The notes beneath the pieces are model-generated. The model made no database searches and was not told the origin of the DNA. It was given only the letters and a program-made list of their open reading frames with translations. A program made the translations under genes and the position numbers. Shown in pieces: positions 55,190-64,000 of a stretch of DNA of 64,000 bases. Each line of letters starts with the position of its first letter. The first letter of the stretch is position 1. The DNA is from an uncultured Rickettsiales bacterium (GTDB taxonomy: Bacteria > Myxococcota_A > UBA796 > UBA9615 > CAYRNR01): positions 103-64,102 of the forward strand of contig CAZDDH010000017.1 in the NCBI GenBank assembly GCA_964504165.1, given 5' to 3'.

Positions 55190-56224
55190 CTACCTGTCGT
55201 CGCCCTCTTGATCACTCCGCAATATGAGGACAAGCCGGTACTTGTCCTCGCCTCGCATCCACCTGACGAGGGCGTACCTACCTTTCGACCGCCTGTACAG
55301 CTCTAGGCGGATATCTCCGGCAGGGTGGTGCTTGACCAAACATCGCAGGTATTTGACGCGGAACTCGGCCCTGCGGACGCCTCCTGTGGAGATTGCGGAC
55401 ACGGCACCGAGGCGGGTCGTCATGCCCGCCACTTCGATGTAGACGTCGTCGCCATCGATGTGGACGGCAACTCGGTCTAGATTCTTCGGACCACGCAGGC
55501 ACTGCTTCAGACCACTCTGGTCCAGGGTGACGACGGTCGGATCCTTGCCAGCGTCCACATTGAGCAACGGGAACGAGTCGATTGGTCTGGCTATGCCCAG
55601 TTGGACGCCATCTGGCACAGCCAAGAACGTCCCACTTGAATGCTCCCTCACGGTTACGACCTCGCTCCGGAAAAGTCGGAGCCACTGGGCAACCGGCGCG
55701 ACGTCCTCTTGCCGGACGCTCATCGCGATTCCCATCAGACCGTGCATGTCCACGGTTGCGACCACCCATTTGTCGCAGGCCCACAGCGTGCCGTCGATAA
55801 TCTCCACCTGCGCGGTTCCAGGATGGATGGGGCCTTTTCTGGATGCGAAGTCCGCCCCAAATCGGAGAGCGGCGCGGAGACGGTCGCCCTGGATATCGGC
55901 CACAGCAACGGACTCAGAGTACGATCTATCCCAGAATGGCCAATGGTCGCCGTCTGGCTGTTCCAAGCGGCCAACAGTTTCCCCGACGACGATGCTGGAA
56001 GGCCCGATAGCCACCCTCGCGCCCCGGTCCAGTACGGGCTTCCCACCGGCATACAGGGCGGACGCGGGAACGTATACGTGCCGATGGAGCCGGAGGCCTG
56101 GGACCGGGGCCGAGGCGAACAACCAACCATTGGTCGCGAGCACCGCGCCATCCTGCAGGACGAGGTAGGGCTGTTTCTTGGGATTGACCGCTGGCTTGAC
56201 CATGGCGAGGGCATCCGCCAGCAC
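55190..56224 (-). CDS. Hypothetical protein; possible sliding-clamp (DnaN)-like fold (tentative)
   Basis: 'VLATNGWLFAS' resembles the beta-clamp 'LVATDGHRLA' motif. Apart from that it is unassigned. Confidence 0.35.
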   Translation of the reverse strand: MLADALAMVKPAVNPKKQPYLVLQDGAVLATNGWLFASAPVPGLRLHRHVYVPASALYAGGKPVLDRGARVAIGPSSIVVGETVGRLEQPDGDHWPFWDRSYSESVAVADIQGDRLRAALRFGADFASRKGPIHPGTAQVEIIDGTLWACDKWVVATVDMHGLMGIAMSVRQEDVAPVAQWLRLFRSEVVTVREHSSGTFLAVPDGVQLGIARPIDSFPLLNVDAGKDPTVVTLDQSGLKQCLRGPKNLDRVAVHIDGDDVYIEVAGMTTRLGAVSAISTGGVRRAEFRVKYLRCLVKHHPAGDIRLELYRRSKGRYALVRWMRGEDKYRLVLILRSDQEGDDR

Positions 56225-56305
56225 ACCGCCGTCGCAAGTGCCTTCGTCGTTATCCTCGCCCCGGCCATCCCCGTCAACGCCCCCGACCGGGGCCGGCGGA
56301 GCCTG

Positions 56306-57988
56306 TCAGGTACCGTTCCGGAATTCCGCCTCTCCTACCGAGAGATGGCGTTCAAGGATCTGGACGATCTTCTCGCTGTGTTCCCGCCTTGAGGAGTTTC
56401 GCTGGCCTCGGGTCAACCCAGCCCACCGCCCTGACTCCTTTAATTGTCGAATCCTGCCATCACAGTATTGTTTGATGATCCGGTCGGTTTCCAGCAGGAG
56501 GCGGGTGGTTTCCTCAATGACTGGCATGTCGCCGCTCGCCACGACGGTCTTCCCGGAGTCCCGCGTCTCGCAGCCGTGAAGTCTGCACAGCAAGTGGACG
56601 AGCTGTCGCCTCCACGCGACGTTCGGTTTGATGGGAATCTCCGAGGCTGTGGCCCCAGCTCCCACATCCCTGCGGTCGCTCCCTACCTTTCTCCGAATCC
56701 AAATCGACATCATCCTACCCATCTCCTCTGGCGACTTCGGCTGGTTCATCTCCTCGAAGTCCGGCACCGGGTCGTCGTGGTGTTGTTTCTGGCAATCCGT
56801 GAGATGAGTCACCGATGCATCCCGCACCTCATCCTCTGGGGGCAACGAGGTGGTCGTAGTGGAATCGCCGCGCCCGCCGGGGACCAGCGTGAGAGCCGGG
56901 GTTTGGATGCCACAATCCACCCGACCCGGTGCGGCTTTCGCCACATCGTCGCACTTTCCTACCACCGTGGACCTCGCTCCCGTCTTCGGCTGCTGCTTCG
57001 GATTGGGCTTCGCCTTCGGCTTGGACGCCGGTTTCGCCTGTGAGGTGCCAGGTCCCTGCAAGGCTACTGCCACGGCGTCTAGCAGCTTGGTTTTCGCCGC
57101 TGCGGGACGCTCACTGTACGATCCCCCAATTCGCACCAGGGTGGGTGCCTCCTTCTTCGCGACCAACTGCCAGATCTCGATGTCGTCCCCTTCCACACGC
57201 CGCAGCAACACCGAGCCGGGCAAGACGTCGCGCCTACCGGACCCGTAGATGTAACGGGCCGGGGAGCCATCCCAGGACAGGTTTCGGGTCGCCTTTTTTT
57301 GACCGGAGGCCTTGTGGCTCGTGATTGCCGTGACGACCTCCCAGCGGTCGGTGTCCGCGAGTTCCGGGACGTCCACCTCCACCGCCCGTGCGGTCGCAGA
57401 CCTCAACTCCGTGACCCAGTTGGCGCTGAAATTTGCCCACATCTCCAGGTCGCTGGTCTCGCCGTCCTCGGCCAAGCGGTTGAGGAGCTTGCCGATGTGC
57501 TCAGACCGTTTCTTGACCTCCTCATCGTGGGTTGGTGGGGGCTTGGGCTCGACTTCCTCGTCGGGGTCCGTTCCGTTGATGCGGCACTTGAACGTGGCGT
57601 GCAGGCTCTCGTAGGAACGCCTCATGTCGGCGGCAGGAAGCGTCACTTCCTGCTCGACCGCCTCCTGGTACGTCCGTGCCGTCTTCAAGCAGGTGCGGAT
57701 CTGACGGTCGGTCAGGTCGTAGCCTAGTGGCTTAGACCTTTGCCACTGTTGCAGCTTGCCCTTGGGGACGGTTTCCGACTCCTGGAGCAGCAGGAGATCC
57801 CTCCGTAGGTACTCGGTGTTCGCAGCGGCCCTCACACCGTACTCCTTGGTCTCCACAATATCGATCCGTCTACGGGACGCCTCCGCCTCCTTCTCGGTGT
57901 CTCCGAGGGCTGGGTGTTTCTTCATCGCCGTCGCCAGCAATTCTGGGATGGTTGAGGATCCCTTGGTCTTGGTCTTGCCCGTGGTCAT
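56306..57988 (-). CDS. Hypothetical protein (about 560 aa)
   Basis: Long ORF (likely start MTTGKTKTKG) with a charged, coiled-coil-like N-terminal half. No known domain. Confidence 0.4.
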   Translation of the reverse strand: MTTGKTKTKGSSTIPELLATAMKKHPALGDTEKEAEASRRRIDIVETKEYGVRAAANTEYLRRDLLLLQESETVPKGKLQQWQRSKPLGYDLTDRQIRTCLKTARTYQEAVEQEVTLPAADMRRSYESLHATFKCRINGTDPDEEVEPKPPPTHDEEVKKRSEHIGKLLNRLAEDGETSDLEMWANFSANWVTELRSATARAVEVDVPELADTDRWEVVTAITSHKASGQKKATRNLSWDGSPARYIYGSGRRDVLPGSVLLRRVEGDDIEIWQLVAKKEAPTLVRIGGSYSERPAAAKTKLLDAVAVALQGPGTSQAKPASKPKAKPNPKQQPKTGARSTVVGKCDDVAKAAPGRVDCGIQTPALTLVPGGRGDSTTTTSLPPEDEVRDASVTHLTDCQKQHHDDPVPDFEEMNQPKSPEEMGRMMSIWIRRKVGSDRRDVGAGATASEIPIKPNVAWRRQLVHLLCRLHGCETRDSGKTVVASGDMPVIEETTRLLLETDRIIKQYCDGRIRQLKESGRWAGLTRGQRNSSRREHSEKIVQILERHLSVGEAEFRNGT

Positions 57989-58357
57989 CTCGCACCTCCT
58001 TCGTGCCGCGAATCCCGGCGTTCGCTTCGGTCCATTACGCGGATGAGCTGCATCCGGATCCATGGCCCGACCGCTAGCCCCTCGCGGGCGGCATGGTCAG
58101 CGATACGGCCCCGGAGGTCATGTGGCATCAGCACCGCGATGCGGACAGTTCCCGTGTTCTGGTTGTTGGTGTTCGATGTGCTCATGGTGTGCCTTCCCTT
58201 CATAGTAACTACGCGGCCAAGAGGCCCATGAAACACCCTGTTTGGGCTTTTCTTGGGAATTCGATGCACACGACGTGTGCGCCGCTGTGGCATGGGGTGG
58301 GCGGGCCGCCATCGCGGAGGTCGCGGTGGTCCGGGAACGCCACCATGGGCGGGATGG

Positions 58358-59644
58358 CTAGGGGATCTTCGCCACGCGGACTCGCCCGGTCATCAGGGCG
58401 GTGACGAGAACCGATTTCGTATGGACCAACTGGGAGAGGCCGTCCAGCTCCCGCCTGAGCGTCGTGTCCATCGCCTCGATGGTGTCCACCAGGTGGGCCT
58501 GCTCGTCAGACGGTGGCACCGGTATCCGGAGGTCCAGTAGGTCCCTGTGGTCGATGGAGCATTGGGCCACGCCCGGCTTGGCGCGGGAGCGGAGATGGTG
58601 TCGTGCGGCGGGTCCCGCGAGGGCCAGGGCGAGGTACCTGGGACACAGATCACTTTCGGACGACAGCCGAATGCGAATCAGGTTCGAGTCGTGAACGAGA
58701 GTCTCGTTGCTCTCCCCGACGACTCCCACGTCACCAAGGAACCTCAGGCTAGAGACCCGGACAACGAGGACATCCTCCTCAACCAGTCCGAACTTGTCGA
58801 TGTCGCTGTCGGTGGCCGCGATCCGTCGCAGCCCGGAGACGTCGATGGACGCCCCGTCCGCGACGGAATCGGCCCGGACGACAGGGACGCCGTCGTCGCA
58901 GGCCATGGCCCGGCGGAGGCCGTTTCTTATGCCACCCGGCTCCAGGAACTCACCCAACCTGGCCATCTGCCACCCGACGGGTAGATCCCCTCGTATCTCA
59001 ACAGAAGATCGCGTGTGCGAGGCTGCGGCACCAACGGCCAGCAACTCTGCAAGTAGCCCCCCACGGACCCGACGGGTCTGCTTCACGACCTCCTGCCCTG
59101 CCTCGATGGCCCCGTCCACGGCCGCGAGGGCTGTAGCGATCTTCTGCTGCTCCGCGAGCGGGGGTTGGAGTACCGGGAGGGCCAGCAGTCGGGGGCGGGT
59201 GATGCCCTGCGATGCCGTGCCGGCGACATGGGCCGACAGTCTCCTTTGGAACGGCGCGGCCAGGAGCTGTTGGACGAGGAAGTCACTCGATACGGCGGTC
59301 GGGTCGGCCCGGAGCAAGACCACCCGTTGGCCCAGCATGTAGAGACGGTCGTCGGGAACCATTGCTACACGACCCGGCGGACTGCCGGTCGTGACTATGA
59401 TGTCCCCTTTACGGCACCGCTCACCAGCCATCCATCGTTGGTAGACTTCGTCCGTCACCCTCAGGGTCTTGGACGATACGATCAGCTTCCCCGCCCTGAT
59501 CTCTGAGCTGGTCAGGACGGGAACGCCGTTTCCGTCGCCGTAGGCCAGGTCGCCCCGCCTGATCGATCTGCCCCTGCGATCAATGATGTTCTGGACGACC
59601 GCCCCCAGCGGAGACTGGGTCCAGCCGTGGGGCGAATCAGCCAT
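58358..59644 (-). CDS. hsdS: Type I restriction-modification system specificity subunit HsdS
   Basis: Two target-recognition-domain halves separated by the conserved 'LPPLAEQQKIA' spacer, with a repeated 'PPSDEQ' conserved region. Confidence 0.85.
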   Translation of the reverse strand: MADSPHGWTQSPLGAVVQNIIDRRGRSIRRGDLAYGDGNGVPVLTSSEIRAGKLIVSSKTLRVTDEVYQRWMAGERCRKGDIIVTTGSPPGRVAMVPDDRLYMLGQRVVLLRADPTAVSSDFLVQQLLAAPFQRRLSAHVAGTASQGITRPRLLALPVLQPPLAEQQKIATALAAVDGAIEAGQEVVKQTRRVRGGLLAELLAVGAAASHTRSSVEIRGDLPVGWQMARLGEFLEPGGIRNGLRRAMACDDGVPVVRADSVADGASIDVSGLRRIAATDSDIDKFGLVEEDVLVVRVSSLRFLGDVGVVGESNETLVHDSNLIRIRLSSESDLCPRYLALALAGPAARHHLRSRAKPGVAQCSIDHRDLLDLRIPVPPSDEQAHLVDTIEAMDTTLRRELDGLSQLVHTKSVLVTALMTGRVRVAKIP

Positions 59645-59739
59645 CCAACCCCAGATCTCGAAGGATGCGGTTCATTCGGACCTCGGCCTTGTACTTCATC
59701 CTCCAGGGCCGCTGGGCCAACACGTATACACCCATAGCC

Positions 59740-60471
59740 TCAAACAGCACGATGATCCCCTTCCCACTGTTCCAGCATGAGTTTCCGCTCCGCCCAGTCG
59801 GGCATCGTCGTCGCCAACAATCTCCAGAACTCCGGGGAGTGGTTCCGATGTGCCAGGTGGGCAACTTCATGGGCGACGACGTACTCCATCGCAGCGGCGG
59901 GAGCCTGTATCAGCCTCCAGTGAACCCGGATGATCCTGTCCCGCCCGTTCGAGCCCCACCGGCCCTTGGCCTCTGAGAGCCGATAGCCCTCCGCCTTGAT
60001 ACCCAGGCTGGCCTCATGGCGTCGTCCAAACCGAAGGAGGTCACGTCGGGCTCTCTCCCGGAGCCAGAGATCGAACCCCGTCCGGATTGCCTCCAGCTTC
60101 TCCACGCCATCCAACCCCTGCGGGACCACGACGTGGAACTTCGACCGGCAGGTGATCTCCACAGCCGCCACGTCCCCCACCTGGACGTCGAGCATCAACC
60201 ATCGTCCCCGGTACTGAAGTTTCGCTCCGCTGGCGTACCGCTGGGTCAGCAGCTTCCGGTGTTTCTCCTCAATCTTCCGAACCGAGTCGAAGACCCACCG
60301 CCGCTTGCCTTCCACGTAGGCCAGGAGGCCGTTAGAGCCGTCCCAGGGCGTCCCAGCGGGGGCAACGACCTCGACGCCTCCCGGAGTCACCACGATGCGT
60401 TTGCGGAGGGCCTTCTGCGAGTACCGCACCTCGTAGGGAATGGTCGTGTTGCCGATGGTCAGGACGGACAT
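59740..60471 (-). CDS. M48-family/DUF45 (YgjP-like) zinc metallopeptidase associated with type I R-M loci
   Basis: HExxH 'HEVAHL' and the DUF45 N-terminal pattern (MSVLTIGNTTIPYEVRYSQKALRKRIVV). Its start overlaps the upstream stop (TGATG). Confidence 0.7.
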   Translation of the reverse strand: MSVLTIGNTTIPYEVRYSQKALRKRIVVTPGGVEVVAPAGTPWDGSNGLLAYVEGKRRWVFDSVRKIEEKHRKLLTQRYASGAKLQYRGRWLMLDVQVGDVAAVEITCRSKFHVVVPQGLDGVEKLEAIRTGFDLWLRERARRDLLRFGRRHEASLGIKAEGYRLSEAKGRWGSNGRDRIIRVHWRLIQAPAAAMEYVVAHEVAHLAHRNHSPEFWRLLATTMPDWAERKLMLEQWEGDHRAV

Positions 60472-61202
60472 CACAACCTTCTCCGGTACTGCTCTAGCCA
60501 TGCCGGGACTGGCATGCGGGTGGTGGCTCTGAGCACCGACGCCCAGTTCTCCCGGACCTCGTCGTAGCCCCACCCGGCCGGCGCATAGAAGTAGACGGGG
60601 TGGGCGAGGCCGTAGAGGGTGTTCAGTACCTTGGTGGACTCGTTGTCGGGTTCATCACGCACGGCATGGCGTAGGAGTCGCTTGAAGGCCGCCTGCGTAC
60701 CGCCACCTGACAGGATCACGCTCTGCGGCGGATGAGCCACGAACTCTTCGATCAGGATGGAGCGTGAGACCTCTCGCATCTCGTCGTCCGCAGACGACCA
60801 TGCCTGTCCCGCTGGAGCGGCCCCCCGGTACTTCAACACGTCGGTCACCCGCGTCCGGGGCAGCATGTCGAAGTCAGAGAGTAGCTGGTAGAGCTGCCGC
60901 ATACCGTGGTGCTGGTGTCGATTTGGTGAGGGACGCATGGTCACGACCCACACCACCGGCTCAATGGGAACGCCGACACTGCCCAAGAAGCCATCGAAAT
61001 CTCGGACATCGGCTGCGTTGGTGGTGTACTTGCCAAGCTGGAGGCTGTTGAGGACGTCCTCGGGATCTAGTCCTTCCGCCACGAGTTCGTCGGGGTCTAG
61101 TCCCCAGGAGGACAGATCGGCACCGGAACCCTTCGGCCACCACCATGGATGGTAGGGACGAGGCCGTGACGCAAAGGCTCTGAGAAGGTCTCGGTGCATC
61201 AT
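60471..61202 (-). CDS. Hypothetical protein lying between hsdR and the M48 peptidase
   Basis: The ORF starts right after the hsdR stop. No confident domain. Confidence 0.4.
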   Translation of the reverse strand: MMHRDLLRAFASRPRPYHPWWWPKGSGADLSSWGLDPDELVAEGLDPEDVLNSLQLGKYTTNAADVRDFDGFLGSVGVPIEPVVWVVTMRPSPNRHQHHGMRQLYQLLSDFDMLPRTRVTDVLKYRGAAPAGQAWSSADDEMREVSRSILIEEFVAHPPQSVILSGGGTQAAFKRLLRHAVRDEPDNESTKVLNTLYGLAHPVYFYAPAGWGYDEVRENWASVLRATTRMPVPAWLEQYRRRL

Positions 61203-64000
61203 GGCTTGCTGTAGTGGATGACTGCGTAGTGCTCGACCGCCATGGGCACCGTCTTCGCCCACCCCTCCAGTCCCAGGTCCTTGATCATCCGTCTCACCTG
61301 GCCCCGGAGCCCTTTCTTCATCTGGTTTTTCTCCTGCCAGTGGTACGGGGCGGTTTCATCGGACGTGTACAGGGCGTCGATGGCAAGAGCCGCCTGCTGG
61401 AGTGCCGACAGGCCGGAGACTCCCTCACCTTCGCTCCCGTAGGAAGGCGGTTCGGACTCGCCCACGGCCTCCGGCTGCTTCTGGAACTTCTCCAGGATGG
61501 CGTGGATGTCGAAGGCCCGCTCGTTGAGGCCGGAGCCCTGGTGGGCCTCGTCCTCCTCCACGACCCCCTTGGCCACCTCCTCGGTCGCATCGAGGGCGTC
61601 CTGGGGTTTCAGCAGCCCCGCATTGAACTGCTTGATCAGCTCCTTGATGCGGTCGGAGAATTTCTCGTACCGGGCGGGGTTGTTGGCAGCCCGCTCCGAG
61701 GTCTCCTTCTTCAACTCCGCGAGCTTGCGGACGGCGGCGGTCTTGATGTCCACGGGGCCACCGAAGTCGTCCCAGAAACCGGGGTCTGAGAGGCTCCGTA
61801 GCTTGCAGACGGTCCTCAGCCCGGTGACATCCAGGTGTTCATCGAGCATCTCGCGGATCTTCTCGGAGTATTTCTTCCAGTCGGTCTCCTCGACCTGCTC
61901 AAATCTCTGGCGCCCCAATGGCAGGGTGACGGAGAGCCGCTTCAAATCCACCTGGTAGGCCAGGACACGGGGGTCAGGTGACAGGGTGGCGTAGGCTTTG
62001 ATGAAGGCGTCCAGACCGGCCCTGTACACGTACCAGGCATCCTCGGTGCCGAGGTGGTCGAGGATGGCCTTCCAGTCGTCCTTGGGCTCCAGGTCCGCTG
62101 GAACCCCATCGATCAGGTCCATGACGGCATGGTGGGCCGCACGGAGCTTGTCGGCAAGCTCGTCTTGGTCGTGCATCGCAGAGGCCACGTCCTCCTTGCG
62201 GTATGCAGCCAGGGCCTCGTTGAGCTTCTTGGACACCCCGATGTAGTCCACGATCAGGCCGTGGTCTTTCCGCGTCCCGTACCGCCGATTCGTCCGGGCG
62301 ATGGCTTGCAAGAGGTTGTGGTCGGTCAGCGGGTTGTCCAAGTACATCGCCTGCTCGATGGGGGCGTCGAAACCCGTCAGGAGCTTGTTGCAGACGATCA
62401 CGAACCTGAGAGGGTTGTCCGGATCGAGGAATCTGGGCACCCAGATGGGGGTGACGTCCTCTGGCGGAATTTGGTACGTGACGAGATCTGGGTACTGCTC
62501 TCCATCGTGCTGGCCGGGGCTGTAGACGCAGATCGACATCTTCCCGGCCCGCTCCTGGGCATCCTCTTCGGACAACCCATCCTTCTTCTTCAGGGTCTTG
62601 GCGATCACCCGGTCGAGGGCCTTCTTATAGGCCACGCACGCACGCCGGTCGATGGCACAGACCTGGGCCTTGAACCCGTCAGGCATGACGTGTGCCCGGT
62701 AGTGAGCCCAGATGTCCACGGCGATCAGGTCAATGCGGGGCTGGAACCGGGACAAGTCCCCCTTCGTGACCCCACGGTTCTTCAACTCCTCGATGACCTC
62801 ATCGGGCTCGTTCGCGAACCACTGGTCGAACAGGACATCGATCTTCTTGTCGTGCAGGTGCCACTCGGTCTTCCGGCCCTGGTAGTAGATGGGCACGGTG
62901 GCACCATCGGCCACGGCGTCATCGATCCCGTACTTGTCCAGGTACGCTTCACCGGGGGCACCGAAGTTACGGAAGGTGTCCTTGTCCCCCTTCTTGACCG
63001 GGGTGCCCGTGAAGCCGAACCGTACGGCGTCGGGGAGGATTGCTCGGACGTAGGCACCGAGATCCTTCTCTTGGGTGCGGTGGGCTTCATCCACCATCAA
63101 GATCCAGTTCTCCGACCCTTCAACCCCCAGTTCTTTCAGGGCGGTCTCACGTTCCTTCTTGACCCTGGATTTCAACCTCGGGTCGTCCCAATGGAACTTG
63201 AAGATGGTCGAGATGACCGTCCTGCCAGAGATGCCGGGGGCCACGACCTGACGGAGCTTGAAGATGGACTCGGCCGAGATGGGATTGGGAAGCCCGCACG
63301 CCTCAAAGGTGGAGGCGATCTGGTTGTGCAGGTCGATGCGGTCGGTGAGTACCAGCAGGTTGGGGTTCTGAAGCCGATTGCTGGCGATGCCCCGGTGGAA
63401 CTTGAGCTTCAGGGCGGCGAACACCATGGTCAGGCTCTTGCCGCTGCCCTGGGTGTGCCAGATCAGTCCCGCCCGGTGCTGGCCATCGATCACCCGCTCG
63501 ACCATCTTGTTCACGGCCCGGAACTGCTGGTAGCGGCAGACCTTCTTGACGGTCTTGCCGTCCCGAGTCTCGAACACGATGAAGTGGGCGAGGATGTCTA
63601 GCAGCCGGGACCGTTCCAGCAGGGCGTAGAGCCCCTTCTCGGTCTCGTCAGTGAACTCCTCGGCCTTACGAGGCCAGGGATCACGCCACCGGAACCAGAA
63701 TTCCGACGGGGCCCCTGTCGCCCCGTAGAGGAACGTCATGTCGTTGGTGGCTATGGAGAACAGGTTGGGGTGGAAGAGCCGGGGGACTTCCCTCTCGGCG
63801 GAGTGAACTTGGTCGATGGCGTCGAAGGCATTCTGGCTGGGATTGATCGGACTCTTGGCCTCGATGACCACCAGGGGGATGCCGTTGACGTAGATGACCA
63901 CATCGGGCTTGCGGACGACCTCGCCCTGGACGCGGAGCTGGTTCGTGCAGGCGAAATCGTTGTTGTTGATGTCATCGAAATCGATGACCCGGATGGTGCG
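61199..64000 (-). CDS. hsdR: Type I restriction enzyme R subunit HsdR; its N-terminus runs beyond the window end
   Basis: 'GLIWHTQGSGKSLTM' Walker A. DEAH-like 'LMVDEAHRTQ'. 'GFTGTPV'. 'QAIARTNR' motif VI. The ORF is open to the window edge. Confidence 0.9.
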   Translation of the reverse strand, partial: RTIRVIDFDDINNNDFACTNQLRVQGEVVRKPDVVIYVNGIPLVVIEAKSPINPSQNAFDAIDQVHSAEREVPRLFHPNLFSIATNDMTFLYGATGAPSEFWFRWRDPWPRKAEEFTDETEKGLYALLERSRLLDILAHFIVFETRDGKTVKKVCRYQQFRAVNKMVERVIDGQHRAGLIWHTQGSGKSLTMVFAALKLKFHRGIASNRLQNPNLLVLTDRIDLHNQIASTFEACGLPNPISAESIFKLRQVVAPGISGRTVISTIFKFHWDDPRLKSRVKKERETALKELGVEGSENWILMVDEAHRTQEKDLGAYVRAILPDAVRFGFTGTPVKKGDKDTFRNFGAPGEAYLDKYGIDDAVADGATVPIYYQGRKTEWHLHDKKIDVLFDQWFANEPDEVIEELKNRGVTKGDLSRFQPRIDLIAVDIWAHYRAHVMPDGFKAQVCAIDRRACVAYKKALDRVIAKTLKKKDGLSEEDAQERAGKMSICVYSPGQHDGEQYPDLVTYQIPPEDVTPIWVPRFLDPDNPLRFVIVCNKLLTGFDAPIEQAMYLDNPLTDHNLLQAIARTNRRYGTRKDHGLIVDYIGVSKKLNEALAAYRKEDVASAMHDQDELADKLRAAHHAVMDLIDGVPADLEPKDDWKAILDHLGTEDAWYVYRAGLDAFIKAYATLSPDPRVLAYQVDLKRLSVTLPLGRQRFEQVEETDWKKYSEKIREMLDEHLDVTGLRTVCKLRSLSDPGFWDDFGGPVDIKTAAVRKLAELKKETSERAANNPARYEKFSDRIKELIKQFNAGLLKPQDALDATEEVAKGVVEEDEAHQGSGLNERAFDIHAILEKFQKQPEAVGESEPPSYGSEGEGVSGLSALQQAALAIDALYTSDETAPYHWQEKNQMKKGLRGQVRRMIKDLGLEGWAKTVPMAVEHYAVIHYSKP

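Noticed and set aside
42192-64000. Right-hand att repeat (duplicate of the tRNA-Arg 3' end) inside the window
   Set aside because: By eye I found no second copy of ...TTCGAATCCTGTCGGGCGTGCCA. The island probably extends past the window end, since hsdR runs off it.

Overview
The window is high-GC (about 68-70%) bacterial chromosomal DNA with a Myxococcota-like signature. Many predicted lipoproteins carry a poly-Asp linker after the lipobox Cys. There are MopE-like 'DxDxDG...NDCDG' metal-binding repeats and two C-terminal GC(S/K)C + TM + Arg/Lys-rich tails resembling MYXO-CTERM sorting signals. Positions 1-42,000 look like core or accessory chromosome. Recognisable genes include a BFN-domain nuclease, Lnt-like CN hydrolase, an ECF sigma factor with a frame-disrupted anti-sigma/VWA gene, TetR and MarR regulators with palindromic operators, a cell-wall amidase, a Reg_prop/Y_Y_Y beta-propeller sensor with an unusual Cys4 C-terminus, an ABC1 kinase, recQ, a bacterial alpha-2-macroglobulin with a CSEQ thioester, and several short tandem-repeat arrays. 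A tRNA-Arg(TCG) at 42,115-42,191 is immediately followed by a tyrosine integrase and excisionase. From there to the window end the DNA has lower GC and looks like an integrated mobile/defence island. It carries a serine recombinase, a large YVDD reverse transcriptase translationally coupled to an upstream unknown 432-aa protein (the most interesting candidate system), and a type I R-M locus (hsdS, M48/DUF45 peptidase, hsdR running off the window) with no hsdM in view. Many long ORFs on the opposite strand of real genes are high-GC artefacts and were rejected.
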